Assembly (NCBI RefSeq): GCF_964204645.1
Contig: NC_134027.1
Location: 8,898,485 to 8,962,484, forward strand
Direction of reading: 5' to 3'
Source: Tubulanus polymorphus
Taxonomy: Eukaryota; Animalia; Nemertea
Length of the DNA stretch: 64,000 nt
A program made the translations under genes and the position numbers. The notes below the pieces were generated by a model, which made no database searches, was not told the origin of the DNA, and was given only the letters and a program-made list of their open reading frames with translations. How positions within the stretch are numbered: the first letter of the stretch is position 1; each line of letters begins with the position of its first letter. Positions 1-34,300 of this stretch are shown piece after piece.

Positions 1-22464
<22,464 letters not shown>

Positions 22465-24306
22465 TAGGCCGAGAATGCGCGCAAATTTTTCTGATGCTCA
22501 CGATTTTTCTGCTGCTGCGAACGAACAAATGTTGAAGAAAAAAATACGAATATGGTCTCAAGCGAATTTCTTGCTTTCTCATATTCTATCTACTAAACGG
22601 CAGGGCTCATTTCTTACGGAAATAATCGACTTCTTATTATTTATTTATTCGTTTAGCTTGCTATTTTGAGATGTGTATATAGTGTTATGATTGATGATCA
22701 TGAGGATTATGACAATTAATTGGTAAATGTATGGAATTTTGTAAATAATGATAGTATAGTTTTGTGGTCATCCGATATGAAATAAAACGGCAGTTATGAA
22801 TGAATGATGGAGAAAAACCGTTTTTGAGGTTGATTTTAATGATTAGGTTTCATTTTAACATTTTACATTAAAAAGTGACGAGTCGAATTGCGAAAAAGGT
22901 TTCGTTCAAGTCCCTCCTCGATCCCGATTTCGACTTTGACCTAGATGAATCGGCGAAGAAATTTAAATGATTTTGCAAAATATTCTCTAGATAATCCTGA
23001 TTGATAATCATTATTTTTTGGGAAGATAGAATTCAAAACATCCCCAGAAAAGTGAAAACATTACCATTACCATAAACATTCGGAAATTGACCTTGGAAAT
23101 CTTTTTAAAAGTACTAACTTGTAATGTCGCGCTCTTGAGGACTTACTATGAATTTTTCTGAACATACAAAAACCAAAAGCCTTTTTATGAACTAGCATAA
23201 TCAGAATAGATTTGCTATTTAGATTATATAGACGATTAGTATCAATTATCATAACCGGCTATGTTGGTTGATAAAAACGCCAGGTAGAAATTATCCATTT
23301 ATGGTGCACTTGGCACCAACCCACTACCGAGAACACCATCTTAGTTGGATTAGATAATCGGCATACTTGCTCGCCGAGTGAGTATGCTGGGTATGCTAAT
23401 CGATTATGATAACCAATGTTAACAAAAATGACAGATTATGACATAATCCATGCTCTTAAAAACGTTTTGCATAATTTTCGACATTAATCTAGTGTTCATA
23501 AAAAGGCCTCAACTGCCATGCGTGATTGGTTTGACAACAATTTCTAACGCAAGACTTGTAGGATTTTAAACTGTTTGTTCATTCTTCACTCGATTGCGAT
23601 GTATTACAGTCAACAAGATGAAAGTTGAAGGGATGGAATAAACTTGTCTTGTAGAACAGTTACTACGATCATGACGCGTTGTCCAAATAAGGAGTTCGAA
23701 ATCTAAACCAATTATTATCTTGGTCAGATTTTATCATTTGGTCCCTATATTTACTGGATCATACCAAACGTTTTGTAGGATACTATTCTTTTCGCAATGG
23801 TTGATCGAGTATTCCGGAAAGGAGTTCATTATTCAGTTCAGTGTTTAGAGAATCCAGAGAATGGGTTCTATTAATACACATGGACCACGAAAATCGCTTC
23901 AGTTACTAATAATGCATTTAAGATTACAGAGCCAAAATTGTTTTTTTCTTTTTTTTACCGTATATAATTATATTAACAGTCTATCCATTTTTCGCAATTC
24001 GAGAACAAGGCACTTCGGCGATTGCCTCATGAATCTTGCTCAGAAAATGTCTGTTTCGAATAGAAATAATCTTTTCGAACTGCTGCCTGGAAATGTACTT
24101 TAATTATAATGCATACGATGCGCTTTAAACCTTCAGTGCGGTGGGCTGGCAGCAAGACACGCCCCTTGATGAAAAATATTCCTGTTCCAACGCGAAAGCG
24201 TTGCTCATAGAAAAATGCTTGGACGGTCCACCGCATATTGAGCGTACCTGCTGTGATACATATTGAGTGTGTATTGTAAAATTATTATTATTATTAATAT
24301 GATAAC

Positions 24307-24337
<31 letters not shown>

Positions 24338-24480
24338 ATATATGTATATATGAACGTGTAAATAGGTAGAATTTGTGAATGTATTTTTTTCGTGGCGTGA
24401 ATGTGAATGATGTGTACTATTTGCTTGCATTGTGTACCTAACACTGGTTTTCGATGATAATAAACTAAGCAGTGCTAGCT
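22465..24480 (+). promoter_or_regulatory. Probable long 3' UTR of the CHD gene with distal AATAAA
   Basis: AT-rich, with none of the MITE families seen in the introns. Contains an (ATT)n tract at ~24280-24335 and AATAAA at ~24459, followed by a T-rich downstream element. Confidence 0.5.
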
Positions 24481-24564
24481 ATTTATTTTCAAATTCGACC
24501 CTTCGTCTCCGTTCTTGTTGTAGACGCTGTTGATATCTCCGATGAGTTGAAACGTATATACCGT

Positions 24565-24830
24565 TCTAGTTCATGGTTAGCACGCTAGACGGTGTCGGTT
24601 TCGAACGCGTGTGGACAATGAGCATAGTACGAGTGACCTTACCTGGCCCAAGTTCCACGGGTGTCGAATTTGAGTTATTCTTACGTCGATTGGGTAAAAG
24701 CTGGTATCAAATATAAGAATGACGCTCAACGTGACCGGGTGGCATTGATGGCTAACCAACATTGCTGGATTTCGGAATCTAGCAGTTTTAAGTCGACCTT
24801 AACTATTAGAGCTGTTGACCTTGGTAAAGT
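24565..24830 (+). mobile_element. Degenerate tRNA-derived SINE-like fragment
   Basis: A-box-like TAGTTCATGG and B-box-like GGTTTCGAAC in tRNA-like order, but no cloverleaf. It abuts a GGCGGATCT-type MITE at ~24831. Confidence 0.35.
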
Positions 24831-25795
24831 CGGAGCGGATCTAGGAAAAATAGAAGGCTGTGGGTTGGAAGAAGATTCAAGGCATTTCTCGGAAAAAGCA
24901 ATCGTCTCAAAGGCCACTAGCGGGTCCACCCTCGATGAGGATAACCGTTTACTCCGGACCTCATGACCACCTCTAAATCCACCCCTGAAAGTTCACGTTT
25001 TCAGTTAGACATTTGAAATATGTTGTGGACAATCATACACGATACAGGCTAACGTAGATAATTTGAAAAAAAAAACGAAGAAGCGATCCGCGTATCGAGT
25101 CCGATTATTCCTACGTATCTTTCATTTACTATCCCCCATTATTGCGAGAGCGGATTCTGAAAATGTGGTTATCAGTCGCACCAGACACTCCTTTAAATAA
25201 ACCCCGTACCTTTTCTCAAATACTGCTGTCGTAATATCTAAACCGATGACATCTAGTTTTATGGCCAAGGACCCTCAGATAATATTCAAAGCGTCCTTGC
25301 GGGGGACGAGACCGGTACTCCAGTACAAATCCTTTGAATCGCAACTTGAAGATTATCTGATATAATTTTGTGACATTTCCAGTTTGGTTGACATTTGAAA
25401 TAGATACAGGACCACCAAGGTGAAGTTCAGATTCACAGACTCATTCGTTGCCAAAAGAAAAACTACGGAGAAATCTAAGCCAAAAAATGGTATTTAGCTT
25501 ATAAAAGCGGATTGGTTTCCATTTTCTTCGAAATTAGAATCATCCGAGTGTACAACCTACAGGCTTAATCTGTACTGGCCTATACCCTAGGGACGTTGCT
25601 CGTATCTTAGTCGTGTTCTGTGCTGAGAACGGATTCGCCGAAGCCTGAATAAATGACATGTATATGAATATATCTTCAACAAACATTATCAATGAAGTTG
25701 TCGAATAAACACTATAATCCGTGTTAACTGTAGATAAATGAAGAAATCCCACACTTCGAATTTGAAATTATACTATCAAATTTATTATTACGAAA

Positions 25796-25837
25796 CCACA
25801 ACGTTTCGGCTGATGACTAACAGCCATCATCAGGTGG
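25796..25837 (-). ncRNA. Minimal type I hammerhead ribozyme (Penelope-like retroelement terminus)
   Basis: Minus strand reads CCAC-CUGAUGA-U-GGCUG-UUAGUCAU-CAGCC-GAAA-CG-UU-GUGG. This gives helix I CCAC/GUGG, both conserved core boxes, a 5-bp helix II and palindromic AACGUU in place of helix III. AATAAA follows about 10 nt downstream. Confidence 0.75.
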
Positions 25838-26162
25838 AATGACCAGAAAAACAAGTTACAAAGCATATAAACTCACAGGATCTAAAATAGAAGCAGTGTG
25901 TCAAAACTAATTATCAATGAACAACGAACTTTTTGACATACAATATGTAATTCCGGCTTGATTTGTGTCGGTTTTGTGCGGTAGAACTGTTCGTTTAAAG
26001 ATAAACCTAGCCTTCAGTGGCCGGGTATTGTTTTTTCATCGTTTGACGTCCTAATATAACATATTCATACATACTTTCTAGCTGTCAAATTTCCCACGGA
26101 AATGATATATGTGAAGCGTTAAACACGTTTCCCAAAATCGTAAAGACGAATCAAATTATAGT

Positions 26163-26424
26163 CAGGGGCGGATCTAAGCGGAGGGTGCAGGGGGTGCGCT
26201 ATCTTTCCAAAGGATGTCAAGTTGCCCTGAAATTTTTACGGGAAAATGAAAAATATTAGATCTAAAATATCAAATTGTTACCTAACAAAATTAAATTCAT
26301 AAGCCTCGCTGTATTAAAAAAGAAATGAGTTTTTTTTGCGATGAATTTCTTCGGAATGCCATTCTAATTATGTGATATGACCTATTTTGGGGTGCACCTC
26401 TCCCTGACCCTAGAATCGCCCCTG
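26163..26424. mobile_element. PIF/Harbinger-like MITE (AGGGGCGGATCT family)
   Basis: CAGGGGCGGATCTA...TAGAATCGCCCCTG with internal GGGGTGC/GCACC motifs. Related copies or fragments at ~24831-24987, 29774-30077, 36494-36742, 40610-40880, 53113 and 56647. Confidence 0.65.
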
Positions 26425-28048
26425 ATCTCTGAGAAGATACTTCAAATACTTAAAAAAGAGGGAAAATATCTGGTACGAAGTCGACGACCGAATGAAATTC
26501 TACCTTACAAAATCGTTTCATTTCATGAACATAAAAATGGGATATTGTTTCGTTTAAGTCTTCGTGGCTGTTCGAAATGGCGATATCCGTTTACACGCAA
26601 AATTATTCGCAGAAATTCATTACCGCCTAGGCATCATATAGACGAGTCACTATAAGTGAGAAACGTAAATTATCACGTCGCCCCTCATTTGTTCACTTCA
26701 TATATATACACGTATTTCAATCTTAACCCAGCCATGTTCTGAGTAGACCAGAATATCGACCAGACAATAGATATAGTACAGTTTTAAGCGTTATTATAAA
26801 ACTAGATCCGGTAGATTACTTGCTGAATAAATAAAACACATATAATGGTTTATATCAAATATTTCTGCACGAAAACATGCTTCTCGCCAATGATGATGAT
26901 CTGGTCTCGCCGGTATACCTGAAGCTTGCGCCGCCCGATTTTGGAGCCGAATCATTCACCGTATAATTCGCCCGCGAACTCGGGAGATCAAGGTTGCGGC
27001 GTGATTCGGTGTGAAGATGATTGGCCGGATAAATTCGCCGATCAATAAGCCTTTTTTACAGTTGCAGGCGCCATGTTTTTGGGTACCCTCTGGGTCGGCA
27101 TTGTTTAATTTTTTTGCTCCTTATTTTCCCAATTTGATGCTTTTATTTCGTCCATATCCGTGGAATATCTGAAAATAGAAACGACGTGAAAATACCGATC
27201 CAACTGCAGGTGATAATTTTGACGTTACTCATCTAAATATTAACTGCACCAAAATTATGAAAAGACTTATGATTATAATATGGCGGTTACATAAAAATTT
27301 GCATATATCGTATAATAATTGGAATTCTATTATATTGCTATTATTTTACAAATATTTCATGGACCCTCGCGGAGCAACTATTGTACCTACAATCATTAAA
27401 GGACTAGGTGACCGCCTACTCGTCTACAGAAAAAAAATTGTTTAATGGTGGTTTTCGGTGCAGCACGCGAGAAATCTTAATCCTCTTTCATCATCAATTC
27501 TTCGTATTTCGACTCGGATTCTCTTTTTTGTGAGCACGGTTCAACATTTCATGTTGTTCGCAGAGAAAAGACTCATCAGGGAAAATGTCAGCTCCATAAG
27601 TTGAAGTGAAAGATGCTTTGGGGCTTATGCCGTCAAAACGTACCAGACCGATCCTGGTTTTGTGTCATGCGCGTTTGGATTCGCAGACATATTTCAAGTT
27701 GTGTTAATCTCTCTGTACAATTGAATATTAAGTAAACTTACAAGGTATATGATCTAATACGCTGGACCTGTCGGCCTTCGTTCAAACTCGTACAAAAGTT
27801 TTGTCGAATCTAAAAGATTCGAAGCTGCAAGCGAACATGGTGAACAGATAATATCATAAAACCAACACATTAAGAAAGTTTTAAAACATCTGTCATTGAT
27901 GCTTGGGACTCTCACTAGATACCATTTCCTTTTTTATCTCCCATTTCATTCTCGTCAAATTGGAAATAACGCTTACAGAACAGAAAGAGCAGTAAGATTG
28001 CGTTTACGACCTCTTGTCTGAAAACTTCGCGAATCCAGATCTATCAGC

Positions 28049-28438
28049 TACGGAAGCCCCTAGGTGACATACGAGCAATTTTTTTACAATTGCGACTTAT
28101 TATGTCGAATTCCGACTTATTATCTCGAAATTCGACATATTAAGTCAACTTTCGAATTTCGAGTTATTTTTATGTCGAATTTCGAGATAATAAGCAGTAC
28201 GGAAGCCCCTAGGTGACATACGAGAAAATTTGTTCACAATTTTGACTTATTAAGTCGAATTTCGACATAATAAGTCAAATTTCGACTTAATAAGTCGAAT
28301 TTCGTGTTAATTAAGTCGAATTTCGAGTTTTGTTTTCATGTCGAATTTCTACTTATTAATTAAGTCGAAATTCGACTTAATTAACACGAAATTCTACTTA
28401 TTATGTCGAAATTCGAATGTCACCTAGGGGCTTCCGTA
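28049..28438. mobile_element. TA-flanked MITE with internal TTCGAC/GTCGAA repeats; one full copy (28198-28438) preceded by a partial copy
   Basis: TACGGAAGCCCCTAGGTGACAT at 28049 and 28198, with its exact reverse complement ATGTCACCTAGGGGCTTCCGTA ending at 28438. The interior is built of ~21-bp palindromic units. Confidence 0.8.
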
Positions 28439-31349
28439 AATAAGTCTACATGAAAATGACACAAAATTCGTCATAATCGATCGATACTTTCGACGAATAG
28501 ATACAAAAGAGAAAAAGATCATTGAAAACAAATTTGAATGAAGAAAACCTCATTGACGTAAGAAAATATAGTTTAGAGTTGTATCTTGGTTGAATCGGCC
28601 GAGGTGGTGGCTTCCTGGTTGAGTAGACATTTTACATCGTCGTTTGAGTTACGGCTGTTATTATCTAGCCAATAATGACACCAATAAGCAAGTGTTTCAT
28701 CCACAATGAATCGATTGTACAGTTATCAACAGAATCATATCTAGCGAAACAACTCGAAAAGAACAGAGATGGCGTACGTTAGCCAAACAAGATGACAAGT
28801 ACAACGTTAGTCAGTTGTAAATATTTGAGTTGTTGATTCGGAAGAGGTGTTTAAATATATATAATCTTGGAACGAGCCGATAAAACCCATCCGAGTAAAT
28901 ATCAATGTAATTGTGCGATTGATTGAGTCAATCTTAGGAAGCATATTTCATAACCGTTTTCCGAACCAGAGCCACAGCTTCGCAGATACTCGCTTATTTT
29001 GAGACGCAGAAATCCAGTGAAGATTCTCTGATTGTGACAATGACGAGAAACTCGATAGTGAAATGTAAGTACCGGGATCCATCTTCAACCGCAGGTGAAT
29101 ATAAGAATCTTGCGGATAAGTGTACTCACTATTTCGGTACGCACTTTACGTCTTGATCATTTTTATAATACGCTTTTTAGTTCAACCACCGTTAACCAGT
29201 TTGAAGTACAAGAAGATTACTCGTAATATTTTACATGATTTTTCTAATCAAATTATGCATCATATCTGTAAACTCGATTACGGATAGGGTCATTGTTCAG
29301 TTTAAATTACCGTGAACAATTTACGCCCCATATGGTATCAATACGTTATTCATATGTGCTAGAATTACGTATATAATTAATGAAGACATTGGGTAGACGT
29401 TCTACCGCATAAAATAGCGTCTTCAAATCGAATTGAAACGCTCTTAATTTCTCACGAGTTGGAGAGGAATTGCTCACATTGATAGTATACGCGTGATTAA
29501 TTGAAATTAAAAATTTGAAATTTGAAATTTAATCGCTACCCCAAATGACGGTCTACCATATTATTGATACCCATTTTTTATTTCGAAGGCAGATGTTTCC
29601 AAAATCAGATCCGAAACTTCACATTTCGAAATAACATTGATTATGTGCAGGTGTGGTGGGTTTGTAACGGACAACAATCAAGTCAAATCAAATCAAACGA
29701 AATCTATCTAATTAAATAAATGATAGGGTCAATCCCTACTTTAAGATCGAAAATTATGTTGTTTGCACGTTTCAAGGGGCGTCACTATAGGATGTTTTTT
29801 CAAAGGAGGTCAGAATTATTACAAGCGGAGCTTACTTTACACCGCACCCGCCAAGCGCCGACCGCAAAGGAGCATTTCTGAATCCTTCAATGTTCTAAGA
29901 TATTTTCAAATTAGGAGCTCGAAAGGGGCGTTTTCTGGGCCTTATAAGACCAAATATTTATGAAATTTCTGGAATGTGGGAAAAACCTAAATTTTGAAAT
30001 CAAAATGCGGAATTTGGTTTTAAAAAAAATGGGGGTCGTCCGCGCCCCCGACTCGTCCCCCTCTGTTGACGCCCATGGTTTCATACATTCAAATGCGTTT
30101 TTCATCCGATTGTTTTTGATTTTTGAATTTTTCCAAAAGATTAATCCGTCTAGTATTCACATGTGGGTTGGAGGACAATTCAATATTATTTTCTGCGGAT
30201 AAAATAGACCTGATACAGTATCTGTGTGACATTTTTCACGATAACATGTTAGCTAAAACACACCTTAATTATTTCGCAACATACGACCTTTTTCAATCGT
30301 CATAAACTTGGGAAATGGAGACGTTCGCCCACCCCGACACACGGCGCGAATTACATTGTCGCTTTTTGTCCTGTTTTCAACCCACCGCTACAAGTGCAGG
30401 GGTGGATCTCGGTGAGAAATTTCACCGGATAATTTAGACCGGCTTTTTGCTTGTTTATTTTTTTTCTAAAGATGGCATCGTTTGTCAGAAGACTATAGGG
30501 ACATCTTAACACTCGGGAAAGAAACAAATATACATACGTCGTGAGTCGTGTGTCACTCGGGATGTACTGATCGATGGACTTGTTTTACTGACGCTGCACA
30601 TCTATACGCTATTGACAGATATACGTACATGTACATGTCATTATTAGCGGTAACAAGACTATCTAACTGTTGAGGTACCAGTAATTTGTGGTTTATACAG
30701 GCGCGGAGCTCAACTCTAAGGAGTGGATTTGTTTTGCGATATTCTCTCTGTATTTCTCACACACTTTTTTGTCCCTGCTTATCAGCCTACTCAGAGTGAC
30801 GTCATTTCAAGCTGACCGGTACAGATATTGCCCCCTGAAGGAACCCCGAATTTCCACGGCTAATGTACACACATACAGACACAACTACAGATATAACAGA
30901 CACAAAAAATTCCAAACTAAACTTTTAGATTCTTTTCAAATTAATTCTAGATATCAAACTTTAACAATTATTCATAGGGGTCCCATGTTTTTTCCCTAAA
31001 GTGTAATATTATGAGGCGCTATTTATAGTTCGATTTGCCTTGACGACAGTTGTTTTAGAGAGAAAATAGAAAAAATGAATAGGTTACGAAGCCGATGTTA
31101 TTGCTATTTAAGAATTAAAACCCTTATTACTTATGCGCAGCGAATCGCTGGGATTCGTTCGAGAATAGTTGGTGACGAATGGCACATTGTCATCTTAACG
31201 GTGTTCTCTGTAAACGCAGGCGGCGCTTGAACTAGTCCAACATTCAGTTCAGAATTCGCTAGAACTAACATAAATATCGCTTTGAGAACGGTTCTAAGTA
31301 TTCTACGACGAAATTTCATCAAGTCGACACGCGCGTTCACCGAGACGAG

Positions 31350-34300
31350 ATGGACCCGGCGGTAACCGACTACGAATCAGGTAAGATGTCATACAGAAAA
31401 GTTTTCTACGATTTCTTTCATGAACATTTTGCAAGAAAGTAATGAGTTAGAAATATTCTTACAGAATTAATTGAATTCAATTAAGTGCGTTGTTATGTAC
31501 GCATTCTTTACTACTTCATACCAATATACTCAATTATCAACTCCTCAAAGGATTTCCGTAATGTGGCATTTATTTCTCTTTTAAGGCAATTTCATTTCTA
31601 GTATATATGTATTAGCGACGTGAAAATTATAACGATTATAATTATAATTATAACAAATAACGATATGAAAATTCTCTTCTTATGGATGTTGCCCGTAAGA
31701 TTTATATATGTGTGGTATTAGATTAGTACATTATATATTACTATCGTTTGGGCAAGTTTTTTTTAGTGTCAATAGAAGCCGTATAAAACTATTTTATTTT
31801 ATTATATCATAATGTATTATAGGCCATTTTCGAAACATCGAATAAACTATTAACTGTTACAGGGAAATGTAAAGTGAAATATCACACTTTTGCAAAAAAT
31901 ATGCCCAAAAATATTCTCTGGTTATCGTGGCTAAATTATTTTACTTTCATCGAAAAGAGTGGCTCAAGACATATATCATTCAAGTGCGCAATGAATATAT
32001 ATATGCTAAAAACCTCTTCGAATTAGTAGGATTCGGAAACTGTTATACTCATATTAATTGTTCTTACATTCTTTTACAAGAGGTTTTCTGCATATTCATG
32101 TTGAAATAGAGTTTTCCCCCGGCAATTTCAATATTGTATGAAAAAAACTGTTGCTTATTGTACAATCAATAGGCTTTATCAGATAGATAAGTATAATGAT
32201 TCCAAAAGTTTTTAACTACTGGACCCGGTTCGTCACACTTGTGAGTTAGAGTTAACTCTGAGACTGGGCCCCGGTATGTAATCGAATATCACATTAATGA
32301 TTATAATAATGTGAGTAATTAATTATTTTTGTTATTATTACTATTACTATTATTATTATCATCATCATTATCATCATTGATTATAATTGATTATGATGAT
32401 AATCATGTTGGAATCTAAAGATTGATAACTGTAGCACTCAATGATATTCAATATGCCCCCTTTCATGTTGGGGTGATTTGCTGTAGATGCGAGTGGTCTC
32501 TGGCTTATATTTGAAAAGGTGAATAAGGATAAATGAATCTATTTACGAAAATAATTCGTTCAGACCTAAATCCTAGGTTCTTCAGTGAGTTGGACCGGCT
32601 CTCCGTTTACTTACCAAGAAAATGATGACTCGGTCAAAGTATCGTTTACTCCGGCACCACCGGAATTCGGTTTCACCGAATACTACGTTGAACTGGTGTC
32701 CGATTACGATGTCGTTTCTACAACCAAAGTAAACAAGGTAAATTGACTGCAAGATATGATATTGATATCAATGCGTTTATCGCCTGACAATTTCATAGTT
32801 GATCTAAACCCCAGTTTCGTGAGTTTATCTAAAGAGTTTATCATCAGAGAAACCAAAACGATAAAAGCATTGTGGTCGTTCTGATGATGGAGTTCAGATA
32901 AACTCCGAAACTGTCAGACAATGAACGCTTTAATATCAACAGTGGTTTTTTACTTGTAAAATGTAAATTCAACGTATTGATTCGTAATCCGTTGCTCGAA
33001 GGAAAACCATTCAAAGCGCCCACTTTCTGGTACAGACATCGGAGTCTAAACACCATCATCCACATACGCATAGATTGGTTAATATTATCCAACAGGCTCC
33101 AGTTCCACAGTCGTGAGTTAGAGTTAACTCCGAGTCAAATCTTAACTCGCAACTGTGGAATTGGTTCCTGATGTCTGTTGAAAAAAACAAGTTTTGAAGT
33201 TCATGGTTATTATCATTTTCAGGATGAATCGCAGATTCTAATAAGAGGTTTATGCCGCGGACATTATTATTTAACGGTAAGCCGAATTCAACCCGAAAAA
33301 ATAGCGTTCTTTTTTCGAAGTAATAATAAGCTGTTGATGGAGCTGTCATAATGATGTACATGAAACAAAATCATGTATTCAATTGAATTACATTTAAGGT
33401 TGATTATTTTCCGTTATTTCCTTTTTTCAGTTGCAACCGGTTGACAAATATAAGATTCCAGAATTGTGTAAATGTAAAAATGGGATAGGCATGTGCACCG
33501 CATGTGATATTGATCTATTCGGGCCGTTTGAAGTAAATGGTTAGTTGATTTATTCACTCAAGTAAAATCTTTCCATCCAAATCAACTTACATTTAATTCT
33601 ATTATCTAAAATGTTTGCAAAATTAAATTCGACTTTCTAACATATATATGTTTTTCCACACACATCCACTGACGAAAACGATGAAACGCATGACCTTATA
33701 GTCATTGAACCATTGAAAATTGAGGGCCTTGAATGTCACTCGTATTACTCCGAAATTTTCAAATATTTTCAAAACTCTCTCGTTCTCGCAGGCTCTCCAC
33801 ACTGCCGTATTATACCTACAGCGTTTCGTGGCACGAAACCGACTGGTAGAAATACTAATGACCATCGATTGGTTCGAACCAGTACGGAATCCACTAAAAC
33901 GCCTTCTACTGCTGCTGTCGCTGCTGCTGCTGAACTTTTTCCAACATTCGAAACTGCGGACGAATCAAATATGCCGGAAATCCCAACGTTTTATTCGGAT
34001 CTGAGTAAGACTTCGGTGTATGTCGTTACGTCGTACAGTCTTGTCGCGTTCGTTATGTTTTTCCGTGGTTATTTGATGTGCAAAAATACGAAGTTGCTTC
34101 ACAATCAGATCTACACCCAAATATTGTACCGGGCTTGTGACTATAATAAATGGTACGCAAATAGTAAAAAGACGTTTTTGCTTATGTAATTTTAATAACA
34201 GTAAATTCGCTTCAGTGTTTATCGTAAAATGCTCCGATCAGAACTTCAAGTAGCAACTCGTCAAGCTTTCGTTCATGAGATTTACGTATTTATTTTCGAC

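Noticed and set aside
24661-24966. 101-aa ORF downstream of CHD
   Set aside because: It has a GTG start, spans a SINE-like/MITE junction and contains no recognisable domain.
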